Shown here in pieces: positions 18,649 through 27,564 of a stretch of DNA of 64,000 nt (position 1 is its first letter; the number at the start of each line of letters is the position of its first letter). The stretch is from an uncultured Verrucomicrobiae bacterium (GTDB lineage Bacteria > Verrucomicrobiota > Verrucomicrobiia > Chthoniobacterales > JAATET01). The translations under genes and the position numbers were made by a program. The stretch lies in contig CAVRCI010000015.1 in assembly GCA_963719495.1 (NCBI GenBank), forward strand, positions 32,001-96,000, read 5' to 3'. Under the pieces are notes generated by a model, which worked only from the letters and a program-made list of their open reading frames with translations, was not told the DNA's origin and ran no database searches.

Positions 18649-18798
18649 GCCTGGCCTCCTTCCAGCTTTTGACGCGGATTGCGCGGATCATACGGAATGC
18701 ATGAATCCGTGTGCGTGATCCGCGACGTCTGCGGTTGAAACCTCACTTCAGGGAATTCCTTCGCGCTCTCCGCGTTCCTTGCGGTTCGAAGTATTTTC

Positions 18799-18824
18799 GA
18801 GGGATTCGGCGGTGGGGGTCGTTT
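18799..18824 (+). promoter_or_regulatory. Putative ECF-sigma promoter GAGGGA-N15-CGTTT (copy 2)
   Basis: Motif ends 11 nt before ATG 18836. Confidence 0.7.
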
Positions 18825-18835
18825 GATCACTCGAT

Positions 18836-19129
18836 ATGAAAAAACTCACCCTCCTACTCGCCACCGTCGTCCTCGGAATCGCCAACGTCTCGCACGCTGA
18901 AGACGCCGTCGAAACCCAGTCCACCTACCCGCTGACGACCTGCATCGTGTCCGGTGAAGCTCTCGATTCCATGGGGAAACCTTACGTTCTCAACTACGAA
19001 GGCGAAGAGGTTCAGCTCTGCTGCAAGATGTGCCGGAAGGAATTCGAAAAGAGCCCCGAAGAGTTCATGACCAAACTCGAGGCAGCCAAAGCGACCGCGG
19101 CGACCGGCGGCGAGGCTTCGCAGGAATGA
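18836..19129 (+). CDS. Secreted YHS/TRASH-like metal-binding protein
   Basis: Signal peptide plus YPLTTCIVSGE...YEGEEVQLCCKMC...F..SP. Confidence 0.8.
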   Translation: MKKLTLLLATVVLGIANVSHAEDAVETQSTYPLTTCIVSGEALDSMGKPYVLNYEGEEVQLCCKMCRKEFEKSPEEFMTKLEAAKATAATGGEASQE

Positions 19130-19206
19130 GCGCTCGCGACTCCGATCAACCGATCCGAGACCCGTCCAGCTTGCGATGAAAGCCGTCGATTGAACGTGAA
19201 CACCGA

Positions 19207-19944
19207 ATGAAAAAACGAGCGAGCATCACCCGAATGGTGACCCCTGAGCACGTGTGCCCGTGGGGGATCAAGGCCATCGATCTGCTTCGGCGGAACGATT
19301 TCGAGATCGAGGACAACCTCCTCGAATCGATGGACGCCAACGCCGCCTACAAGAAGCAGAACGGCTACGATGAGACGCCGCAGATCTTCATCGAGGGCGA
19401 ACGCGTCGGCGGCTACGACGCCCTGCGTGAGCACCTCGGTCTGGGACCCGATCCGAAGGAGGGGAAGACCTACCAACCGGTCCTTGCCGTCTTCGCCGTC
19501 ACGTTCCTCATGGCGCTCACGACGTGTTGGGCCATGCCGGGCGGGCTGTCCGTCATCCGCGTGCTGGAGCTTTTCATCGCCTTCAGCATGTGCGTTCTCG
19601 GGATTCTCAAGCTCCAGGATCTTCTCTCCTTTGCCACGGGGTTCGTCCAATACGACGTGATCGCGCGGCGCTACGTGCCGTATTCCTACGTGTATCCGTT
19701 CGTCGAGGCGGGGGCGGGCATTCTCATGATCGCCGGGATCGCCACGTGGATCGCCGCACCGGCGGCGTTGTTCGTGAGCACGGTGGGAGCGTTCTCGGTG
19801 ATCAAGGCGGTTTACGTCGAGAAGCGCGACGTGAATTGCGCCTGCGTCGGCGGCGGCAGCAGCGTGCCGCTCGGTGCCATCTCGCTCACCGAGAATCTCA
19901 TGATGATCGCGATGTCGGTGTGGATGATCGTAAAAGCGATCTGA
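19207..19944 (+). CDS. Glutaredoxin-MauE/DoxX family membrane protein
   Basis: HVCPWG, TPQIFIEGERVGGYD, then MauE-like F..YD...YPFVE...CACVG...ENLMM. Confidence 0.85.
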   Translation: MKKRASITRMVTPEHVCPWGIKAIDLLRRNDFEIEDNLLESMDANAAYKKQNGYDETPQIFIEGERVGGYDALREHLGLGPDPKEGKTYQPVLAVFAVTFLMALTTCWAMPGGLSVIRVLELFIAFSMCVLGILKLQDLLSFATGFVQYDVIARRYVPYSYVYPFVEAGAGILMIAGIATWIAAPAALFVSTVGAFSVIKAVYVEKRDVNCACVGGGSSVPLGAISLTENLMMIAMSVWMIVKAI

Positions 19945-19950
19945 ATTTGT

Positions 19951-20035
19951 GGAGGGCGAGGCTCCTGCCGAGCCGTTGTTCCCGTGGCGCGGAGATCCTG
20001 GGTGAAGGTCACGGCTCGGCGGGAGCCTCGCTCCG
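19951..20035. repeat. Inverted pair of GGAG-type REP-like elements (GGAGGGCGAGGCTCCTGCCGAGCCG)
   Basis: Further copies at 35686-35711, 39477-39501, 39554-39579 and 54859-54884. Confidence 0.85.
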
Positions 20036-20065
20036 GGGGGGTGGGGTGGAGCTTCGCATTCGCGT

Positions 20066-20091
20066 GAGGGAATTGCTCGGATTTACCGTTT
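20066..20091 (+). promoter_or_regulatory. Putative ECF-sigma promoter GAGGGA-N15-CGTTT (copy 3)
   Basis: Motif ends 8 nt before GTG 20100. Confidence 0.7.
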
Positions 20092-20099
20092 CATCGGAT

Positions 20100-20531
20100 G
20101 TGAAAACTTTTTGTCTGACTTTCGTTGCTCTTGGTCTCTTGTCTTTTGCCGGGTCCGCTTCGGCGGGGAGCATTTCGTCGGCGTCGCTGGTGACCGCTTT
20201 GCGGCTCGAGAACGTGACCGTCGATGCCCACTCCGGGGTGATTCGTGGTCGGACTCGATTGAATTTCGGCTACGCCGTGCCGCGTTCGACGCACGTTCAC
20301 GTCGAGCTGGTCAACGGTGCTGGGCGGGTGGTGGTCGTGGGTTGTCAGCGGGTGAATCCGGCGCTTCTCAGTGGGCATCCGCGGTTGCCGAGTAGTCGGA
20401 ATCGGGCGGAGGCTTTCGCGTTCCGATTGCCGGATTCGTCGGGGGATGCGGGGGACTTGCGCGTGGTGCTGGAAAGCGGATCGTGCTCCGGCGTGGCTGA
20501 GGTTCACCATCACGCTGGCGCTTCGGCGTGA
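20100..20531 (+). CDS. Secreted hypothetical protein with a His-rich C-terminus
   Basis: GTG start; signal peptide MKTFCLTFVALGLLSFAGSASA; ends VHHHAGASA. Confidence 0.6.
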   Translation: MKTFCLTFVALGLLSFAGSASAGSISSASLVTALRLENVTVDAHSGVIRGRTRLNFGYAVPRSTHVHVELVNGAGRVVVVGCQRVNPALLSGHPRLPSSRNRAEAFAFRLPDSSGDAGDLRVVLESGSCSGVAEVHHHAGASA

Positions 20532-20930
20532 GCAATTGCCGCCAGGGCGAGGTTCCGGTGGTAGGATTGCCGGCGGATCGCCCAGCGAAGGGGAGGCTCT
20601 ACACCTGCCCGATGCACCCGGAGATCGAGCAGGATCAGCCGGGCGAGTGCCCGATTTACGGGATGGCACTCGAGTCGAAGGGAGCCCAGGGTGGGTGGCG
20701 GGGAGGACGAGGGGAAATCGGAACTCGACGACCTGACGCGGCGGCTGTGGGTCGCCGCGCCGCTGGGGCTCGTGGTGATAACGCTCTCGATGGGCGGGAT
20801 GATCCCCGGCGCGGGATTTTTGCACTGGGAGAGCGGACTGTTGCTGGGTCCGATCATCGCGGCGGCGGCGATGAGCTTGAGTTCGGTGTCGGTGATCACG
20901 AACGCGTTGCGGCTGCGGTCGGGGCGGTGA
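20528..20930 (+). pseudogene. copA: Collapsed heavy-metal (Cu) P1B-type ATPase remnant
   Basis: YTCPMHPEI..PGECPIYGMAL domain, a frameshift near 20690, then TM1 (ELDDLTRRLW) fused directly to the last helix PIIAAAAMSLSSVSVITNALRL. No CPC, DKTGT or GDGxND motifs. Confidence 0.85.
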
Positions 20931-20958
20931 CTTGGTGGCGGGTGGGGGCTTTTCCAGA

Positions 20959-21059
20959 CCTGTCATCTTGAGCGGAGCGAAAGATCTCTGGCTTCTTCGG
21001 GGCGGCGGTATGGGATGCAGTGTCAGTCAGAGATGCTTAGCTTCGCTCAGCATGACAGG
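20959..21059. repeat. About 100-bp miniature inverted-repeat element (TGTCATCTTGAGCGGAGCGAAAGATCT...AGATGCTTAGCTTCGCTCAGCATGACA)
   Basis: Imperfect ~28-bp terminal inverted repeats. Confidence 0.75.
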
Positions 21060-21107
21060 AATTAGTCGGGCCGCTTCGCGGTGGTTGGCACTGCGGGACG
21101 TGGGCAC

Positions 21108-21140
21108 AAAAAAGAGGGGCCACTTTCGTGTCCCCCCTTT
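21108..21140 (-). terminator. Probable intrinsic terminator of the SWIB gene
   Basis: GC hairpin followed by a T-run on the minus strand. Confidence 0.6.
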
Positions 21141-21182
21141 GAGATTCGTTCGCGCCGGGTGGCGCGCTTGGTCATCCGCGAT

Positions 21183-21509
21183 CTATTCGACGTTGGCGCC
21201 GACGACTGCGGCCATCTGCATCATGTCGATGGTCTGGCCTTCCTTGAGCTTGGTGAGGTCGGTGACCTTGCCGGACTTGCTGGTCGACTTCGTCTTGTTG
21301 AAGATCGGGAGGAGCTTGGCGTCGGCGACGATGTATTTGCCGGCGTTCTCGGGCTTCCCGTTTTCCTTGGTGGTCTGGAGCTTGTTCGCCTTGATGTAGT
21401 CCCAAAGCTTCTTGGTGACTTCGGTGCGGGGAAGCTCTTTCGCGCCCGCCAGAGCGGCGAGTTCGCTTTTGAGTTTCACCGGTTTCTTGAGTCCTTTTTC
21501 TTCTGCCAT
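21183..21509 (-). CDS. SWIB/MDM2 domain protein
   Basis: ELAALAG...PRTEVTKKLWDYIKANKLQ...IVADAKL...IDMMQM. Confidence 0.92.
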   Translation of the reverse strand: MAEEKGLKKPVKLKSELAALAGAKELPRTEVTKKLWDYIKANKLQTTKENGKPENAGKYIVADAKLLPIFNKTKSTSKSGKVTDLTKLKEGQTIDMMQMAAVVGANVE

Positions 21510-21747
21510 AATCGTGTGGAGGTTTTTTTAGTTTGGTTTGTGAGTTGCGGCTTCCCGCTCTGGGTTTTCTCCAGACGGTAGTGCCGGGAGCGTGTCGCCC
21601 GCGATCAGGACCGCGGGTGAGCCGAGCAGAGTGTTCGAAGTCTCCCCAAGCGTCAACACTGCGGGAAGGGCTGTCTGAGAGTTGCATCGAATCAAGAATG
21701 AGGAATCGCCGGTTGTCGGGCCGGATCGTCCGGTCTACCGTCCAGAC

Positions 21748-22812
21748 ATGTCCCGGATCATTTACTCCCTCATCCTATGTCTATTTCTTCCGGTCGCCCT
21801 CCGTGCGCAGGGGTTGGATGCGGCGGTCGACCGAATTCTCGCCGGGAAGCTCGTTCCGAATGGGCCGGGCGTCGCGATCCTGGTCATGAAGGACGGGCGT
21901 CCGCTGCTCCAGAAGACGGTCGGATTCGCCGACGTCGCGACGAAACGTCCGATCAACCGCCAGACCGTTTTCGATCTCGCTTCGGTCTCGAAACCCATCA
22001 CGGGACTCGCGATTGCGTCGCTGGTCGAGGACGGCAAGCTCCGATTGGAGGATAGCGTTGAGAGCGTGTTGCCGGACTTCCGGGTGCCGCGGCGCGGGAG
22101 GGCGATCACGATCCGCGATCTGCTGCAGCACACTTCGGGGTTGGCCGATTACACGAGCGGTTACCCGGGGAACGACGAGAAGTTTGCCGCGATCACGACC
22201 GAGCTGCATTTGGAGTGGCTCAATTCGACGCGGCCCCGCCTGCCGTCGGGCCGTCGGTTTCAATACAATAATTCGAACTACACCCTCCTGGCGCTCATCG
22301 CCGAGCGGGTGTCCGGGCTGTCGTTTGCCGAGTATTGCCGGAGAAATGTCCTGCGTCCGGCGCGGATGAAGGGAAGTTTCGTTTACGACGGCAGCCGGAA
22401 GCTGCCCCGCCGGGCGGCGTCGGGTTATCTCGTCCGCGGCCGCCAGGTGAAGTCGTCGCAGCTGCTCACCAACATCACGGGCGACGGCAACGTCTACACG
22501 TCGATCAAGGACCTCGTGGCGTTCGTCCGCGCGATTCGGCGCAATCGAATTCTGAAAGCCGCGACGCTCGAGGAGGTTTGGACCAATGGGAAAATGGACA
22601 ACGGCGCTCCGATTCGCGACCAGGGTTACGGTTACGGACTGGGGTGGGAAATCCGCGGTTCCGAGCGGGGTCACACGGGATCGTGGTCCGGGACTTCGAC
22701 GTTTCTGGTGATCGATCCGGTGAAAGACGTGGCCGTGGCCGTGATGAGCAACGACGAGCGATTCGACACCTTGCGGGTGGGCGAGGCGATCATGCGGCTG
22801 GTGACGGACTGA
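21748..22812 (+). CDS. Secreted serine hydrolase (beta-lactamase class C / PBP family)
   Basis: Signal peptide; FDLASVSK (SxxK), LLQHTSG, YNN and GHTG. Confidence 0.9.
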   Translation: MSRIIYSLILCLFLPVALRAQGLDAAVDRILAGKLVPNGPGVAILVMKDGRPLLQKTVGFADVATKRPINRQTVFDLASVSKPITGLAIASLVEDGKLRLEDSVESVLPDFRVPRRGRAITIRDLLQHTSGLADYTSGYPGNDEKFAAITTELHLEWLNSTRPRLPSGRRFQYNNSNYTLLALIAERVSGLSFAEYCRRNVLRPARMKGSFVYDGSRKLPRRAASGYLVRGRQVKSSQLLTNITGDGNVYTSIKDLVAFVRAIRRNRILKAATLEEVWTNGKMDNGAPIRDQGYGYGLGWEIRGSERGHTGSWSGTSTFLVIDPVKDVAVAVMSNDERFDTLRVGEAIMRLVTD

Positions 22813-23231
22813 GCGATTGCCGCGCTCAGGAACGAAGCCGGAAGAAGGTCGTGCTCGCCGCGGAGAGGGTGACCCGCTCGCGCGATCCGTCCGGCAGATC
22901 GAGCGTGCGGTGGCCGCTTTTGGCGATGTGGACCGACGGCCAACCTCCGCCGCCGGCGATCATTTCGGCAAACGGGATGGGCTGCCAGCCGACCGAGGCG
23001 TCCGGCCCGTGGAGGGCTTGCCGAGCGCTGGCGGATTGGCAGGAAGGAGGTCGTGATGATCGAGAGCGGGGTGGGTTTTTTTATAAATCGGTGGCGAAAA
23101 GTGTTTGGGGCGGATGAAATTCTGGCTTGGGGGCGAATACCCGGAGCATTTTCAAAGTCTCCGGAAAGGCGCCGAAAAAAGGGGGAGGGATACCCTTTCC
23201 CGTAATCGCTGATCGGATCAGCCAGTTGGGA

Positions 23232-24101
23232 TCAGCCAGTTGATTTCAAAGCGGTCTCACTCGGGACGAGTTCGGTCCAGATCGACTGGATGTCTTTTCC
23301 GAGGACGATCGCGTCGTCCCAGCTCTTTGGAAAACAGCTGAGGCCGTAGCCTGGTTTTGGTCCCAGCTCCGGCATGACCCACAGTTCGTTGTTCGGGCGT
23401 GGGCCGGCGAGCCAATGCTGGAGGGCGGTCCGGATGAAGGGGCGCATCTCCTCGTATTCCGGGGAGAAACTACCGTTTCCGTCGGTGACCGGGACCATGC
23501 AGTGGTGGCCGTTGAACGGGCGCATGTGCCACAGAGTCGACTTCTGAAAGAGCGCAAGATCCTCGAATAGACGCTCGGCGTAGTTGCTGGCGTCGAGGTG
23601 CTTGATGATGGCGGGGTGGGAGAAGTCGAAGTTCACGCGCGGATCTTTACCGGTCGCCTTCCGCACGCCTTCGACGATGGCGTAGGTTTTTTCCGGCGTC
23701 TCGGTGCAGGTGTCGCGGTGCATCTCGAGGTGCACGGCGGCGTTCTGTTTTTCGGCCTCCGCCATGAGCGCGATGGTCAGTTCGGTCGCGCGGTCGACCG
23801 GCGTGTCGTGATCGCCCAGCTGGCAGTTGATCGGGCCGTCGCCGATCTCGAGGATCGCGCGAATTTGGGGCTCGAATTGCTCCTCCGAGCCGGCGTCGAA
23901 CGCTCCGCCGAAAAGCAGGCCACGGGCGGCGAGCGCTTCCGCGAGTGCGGGCTCGTCCGCGGCGGCGCAGAACGCGTCGAAGCCGGCGGCTTTGACGGCG
24001 TCGAGGCGCTGGTCGAGCGACCACTCGGCGTCGGGGGACGGGTGACCCCAGAAGGTCCAGTGGTTGATCGTGATGACGAGGCGGGGATTGGATTCTGGCA
24101 T
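23232..24101 (-). CDS. Xylose-isomerase-like TIM-barrel protein
   Basis: LEMHRDT, NFDFSHP, HMRPFNG, MPELGP; ATG 24101. Confidence 0.75.
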   Translation of the reverse strand: MPESNPRLVITINHWTFWGHPSPDAEWSLDQRLDAVKAAGFDAFCAAADEPALAEALAARGLLFGGAFDAGSEEQFEPQIRAILEIGDGPINCQLGDHDTPVDRATELTIALMAEAEKQNAAVHLEMHRDTCTETPEKTYAIVEGVRKATGKDPRVNFDFSHPAIIKHLDASNYAERLFEDLALFQKSTLWHMRPFNGHHCMVPVTDGNGSFSPEYEEMRPFIRTALQHWLAGPRPNNELWVMPELGPKPGYGLSCFPKSWDDAIVLGKDIQSIWTELVPSETALKSTG

Positions 24102-24346
24102 GGAAATCGTTGGGAGAATTGGGTTGGGAGGTGAGGGGGAAGGGCGGCCGCCCGGCTCGAGCGGGTGCCGCTCGCCGACGGCAGCTTCAACGTCAAGGCG
24201 GTGGGCTGCGCCGCCGGATTCTCGGCGGGCCGCAGCGGTTCGTCGAAGCACACCGGCGGGCAATCGGCGTGACGCCGGGCCGGGGGCGGAAGGCGAAATG
24301 AAGGTCTTGCCGAGCCCCGGACCCCGGATTGGGACCGGGAATGGTT

Positions 24347-25117
24347 TCAGCCGCAGAGGTGATTGGTCAGGTATTCGAAGCTCTGCTGGAGCGAATCGAC
24401 GGGATCGCCGGGGGTGGTGTCCTGCTCGACGATGAACCACTGGCACCCGGCGGCCTCGGCGGCGGGGATGATGGCGGCGAAGTCGAGGGTGCCGGAGCCG
24501 ATCTCGCAGTAGGTCGGCTGGTTCTCGATGGTGAATTTGTAGTCCTTGAGGTGGATCATCGGCAGACGGCCGGCGAGCTTGTTGCACCACGCGACGTTAT
24601 CTCCGCCGCCGTAGTGGATCCAGTAGGTGTCGGGCTCGCCCTGAAGGTGGGCGGGATTCGTTTCGTTGTAGATTCGGTCGAGGGCGGTGACGCCGTCGAT
24701 TTGGACGAATTCGATCCCGTGATTGTGGTAGGTGAGGGTGATGCCCTCGGCGGCCATGAGCTTGCCGGCGGCGTCGAGGTCGGCGATGAGCCGACCGAGG
24801 CTGTCGGGGTCGGCCAAGTCGATTCCCCCGGGATAGGGGTAGGCGGTGAGGTTGCAGCGGAGTTTCTCGAGCCGCTCGATCACCTTGGTGGTCTCGCGGA
24901 GAATGGCGTCACTGGCCTCGTGAGTCGCGCAGCAGGTCAAGCCCTCACCGTCGAGGATGGTGTTGAGCTCGTCCTCCGCGATGGGGCACATGCCGCTGAT
25001 TTGGACGGCGGTGTAGCCGGCGGCGCGGACGCGTTTGAGGGTGGAGGCGACGTCGGCGGGTGTCTGGAGGAGGTCCCGGCAGGTGTAAAGTTGGGCGGCG
25101 ATCTGGCTGGCTTTCAT
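24347..25117 (-). CDS. Sugar phosphate isomerase/epimerase (IolE / AP-endonuclease-2 family)
   Basis: AQLYTCRD, YHNHGIEF, EPDTYW, IHLKD, IVEQD. Confidence 0.88.
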   Translation of the reverse strand: MKASQIAAQLYTCRDLLQTPADVASTLKRVRAAGYTAVQISGMCPIAEDELNTILDGEGLTCCATHEASDAILRETTKVIERLEKLRCNLTAYPYPGGIDLADPDSLGRLIADLDAAGKLMAAEGITLTYHNHGIEFVQIDGVTALDRIYNETNPAHLQGEPDTYWIHYGGGDNVAWCNKLAGRLPMIHLKDYKFTIENQPTYCEIGSGTLDFAAIIPAAEAAGCQWFIVEQDTTPGDPVDSLQQSFEYLTNHLCG

Positions 25118-25444
25118 GGTCGTGGGAGGGTGAAGGGCTGGTGGGAAAAGGTCAACTTTTCCAACACTTTTGCGGCTGCGTTCGTGAGGCTGCATGATCG
25201 AAAAACGAGGCAAAGCGGATTGCCACCCGTCGTTGCAACGGGTGATTGGGAAAGCTGGAGCGGCCTACGCGGCTTTCGATCCGCGGGAGGCGGGCCGGGT
25301 CGCGGGTGCCAGAGCGGCGTGGAGGATGATGTTGGCGCGGGTGGAGTCCCGCTCGTTGCGGGTCGCCAGGTAACTCGGGCACGCGGTGCCTGAGCGCACC
25401 GCGGAGGCGGCCGTCGCCGTGTTCGCCGGAGAGCGAGCCGCGGT

Positions 25445-26170
25445 TCAGGGTTTCGGTTTTTCCACGTTGCCATCACCGCGTCGCGTCGCGGTGTAGATCG
25501 TCACGATGCCGAGCCAGAGCGGGCGGGCTTCGGCGAGGCTGAAGCCGGCTTGCTCGATGCGGTCGAGCATTCCGCGCCCGCGGGGGAAGGCTTCGATGGA
25601 TTCGCCTAGGTAGGCGTAAGCTTCCGGGCGGCCGGTGGCGAGGCCCGCGATCTTCGGGAGGACGTGGTGGAGGTAAAGGCGGTAGGCGGCGCGGAGAGGC
25701 GGCGCGGTGGGGAGCGAAAAATCGAGGACGAGGACGTGGCCGCCGGGGCGGATCACGCGGGCCATTTCGGCCAGAGCGCCGTCGTAGGTCGCCATGTTGC
25801 GCAGGCCGAAGGCGACGGTGAGGGCGTCGAAGGCGGCGGTGGCGAAAGGGAGGCGGGTGCCGTCGGCGGCGACGAGGTTCGGGACGGATTTGCGCTGCGC
25901 TTCGCGGAGCATCGGCTCGCAGAAATCAGCGGCAACGACGCGGGCGGCGGGACATTTTTTCGCAAGGACGAGGGCGAGGTCGCCGCTCCCTGTTGCGAGG
26001 TCGAGAACGACGCGGGGACTCCAGGACCGGACGATTCGCGCGGCGAGTCCGCGCCAGAGAAAGTCGGCACCACCGCTCAGCGCATGATTCGCGAAGTCGT
26101 ATCGCCCGGCGATCGAGCTGAAGGTGCCGCGAATGAAGTCGGGGTCTTGTTGGGATCGTGCGCTGATCAC
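25445..26170 (-). CDS. ubiE: Demethylmenaquinone/ubiquinone C-methyltransferase
   Basis: FSSIAGRYDFANHALS, LDLATGSGD, AFGLRN, YAYLGESIEAFP; start approximate. Confidence 0.88.
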   Translation of the reverse strand: MISARSQQDPDFIRGTFSSIAGRYDFANHALSGGADFLWRGLAARIVRSWSPRVVLDLATGSGDLALVLAKKCPAARVVAADFCEPMLREAQRKSVPNLVAADGTRLPFATAAFDALTVAFGLRNMATYDGALAEMARVIRPGGHVLVLDFSLPTAPPLRAAYRLYLHHVLPKIAGLATGRPEAYAYLGESIEAFPRGRGMLDRIEQAGFSLAEARPLWLGIVTIYTATRRGDGNVEKPKP

Positions 26171-26217
26171 GCGACCATGGATTCGAAAACTGAGATTCGA
26201 AACTCGAAAATAAAAAA

Positions 26218-26298
26218 TGCTCACGAGAGGAGTCGAACCTCCACGAGTTGCCTCACTAGATCCTGAATCTAGCGCGTCTGCCATTCCGCCACGTGAGC
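26218..26298 (-). tRNA. tRNA-Leu(CAG)
   Basis: GCTCACG acceptor stem, CTAGA-TTCAGGA-TCTAG anticodon arm, long variable arm, GGTTCGACTCC; CCA not encoded. Confidence 0.95.
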
Positions 26299-26414
26299 TA
26301 CGGGACGAAGAGAATGGCGGGAGTTCTGACGTTTGTAAATGCCGGATCGCGGGAGTTTGCACTGGCATTCGCCCGAGGGTCGTGCGAACGCTTGGGTTCT
26401 TAAACCCATCATCT

Positions 26415-27554
26415 ATGACTCGTTTCTCACTTCCCCAATGGCTCACCGGTTCTCTGCTGGGCATCGCCGTGATCGCCCCATCTTTCGCTCAGGATACGCC
26501 TCCTGCCGCTGACCCGACACCAGCCGCCGAGGCCGCGCCTGCCGCCGACGCGGCTCCCGAAGTTGCGCCCGCTCCAGCCGCGACGCCCGCCGGGCCCGCT
26601 TTGGAGATCCCCGATCCCGTGGCCACCGTGAACGGCGAGCCGATCGCCAAGTCCGAGCTCGAGACCATGTTCAACAACGCAGTCTCTTCGCAGGGCATCG
26701 ACCCCGCCACGCTCTCGAACGAACAGAAGCTGGCCGGCTACCAGCAACTCGTTCAGGACATGATCACCGAGAAGCTCGTCAAGGCCGCCGCCAAGGACGT
26801 GACCGCGACCGACGAGGAAGTGGACGCCGAGATCGCCAAGATCAAGGAGCAATTCCCATCCCAGGAAGCCTTCGAAGAGCAGCTGAAGACCAGCGGCCAG
26901 ACCGAGGAGAAGCTCAAGGTTCTCATCAAGGAAGGCCTGTCCCAGCGCAAGTGGGTCGAGAGCCAGACCGGCGAGATCAAGATCTCCGACGAAGAGGCGA
27001 AGAAATTCTACGACGAGAATTCCGCCGAGTTCGAGCAGCCCGAGACGGTTCGCGCGAGCCACATCCTCTTCATGGTGCCCGAGGGTTCCGGTGAGGAAGT
27101 CGCGAAGGAGAAGGAAGCCGCTGCGACGAAAGCCGCCGAGCAGGCCAAGGAGAAGGACGCCGACTTCAACGAACTCGCCAAGAAGCTCTCCGAGGAGCCC
27201 GGTGCCGCCGAGAGCGGTGGCGATCTGAATTTCTTCACGAAAGACCAAATGGTTCCCGCGTTCGCCGAAGCTGCCTTCGGAATGGAGCCGGGTGACATCA
27301 GCGATCCGATCAAGACCGAGTTTGGCTACCACGTCATCAAGGTGACCGAGAAGAAATCCGCCGGCACGACGCCGTTCGAAGAGGTTAAGCCTCAGCTCGT
27401 CGCCTTCCTGGAGAGCCAGAAGGGTCAGGAGGAAGTCGGCAAGGTCCTCGAAAAACTTCGCGCCGACGCCGAGATCGACGTGAAACTCCCCGAGCCAGTT
27501 GCCGCTCCCGCCCCGGCGTCCGCGCCGATGGGCGAGGAACCGGCCGCCAACTAA
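26415..27554 (+). CDS. Parvulin-type periplasmic peptidyl-prolyl isomerase / foldase (PrsA/SurA-like)
   Basis: Signal peptide; VATVNGEPI, VRASHIL, GGDLNFF, TEFGYHVIKV. Confidence 0.92.
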   Translation: MTRFSLPQWLTGSLLGIAVIAPSFAQDTPPAADPTPAAEAAPAADAAPEVAPAPAATPAGPALEIPDPVATVNGEPIAKSELETMFNNAVSSQGIDPATLSNEQKLAGYQQLVQDMITEKLVKAAAKDVTATDEEVDAEIAKIKEQFPSQEAFEEQLKTSGQTEEKLKVLIKEGLSQRKWVESQTGEIKISDEEAKKFYDENSAEFEQPETVRASHILFMVPEGSGEEVAKEKEAAATKAAEQAKEKDADFNELAKKLSEEPGAAESGGDLNFFTKDQMVPAFAEAAFGMEPGDISDPIKTEFGYHVIKVTEKKSAGTTPFEEVKPQLVAFLESQKGQEEVGKVLEKLRADAEIDVKLPEPVAAPAPASAPMGEEPAAN

Positions 27555-27564
27555 GCAGGCCCGG

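Noticed and set aside
21748..22812. Antibiotic-resistance beta-lactamase
   Set aside because: The motifs place it only in the broad serine-hydrolase/PBP family; resistance cannot be inferred
23215..23242. 14-bp tandem duplication GGATCAGCCAGTTG at a gene stop
   Set aside because: It is real but isolated, most likely slippage, with no element between the copies
25209..25224. LacI-like operator GGCAAAGCGGATTGCC upstream of the sugar isomerase genes
   Set aside because: Single imperfect palindrome with no regulator in the window, so support is insufficient
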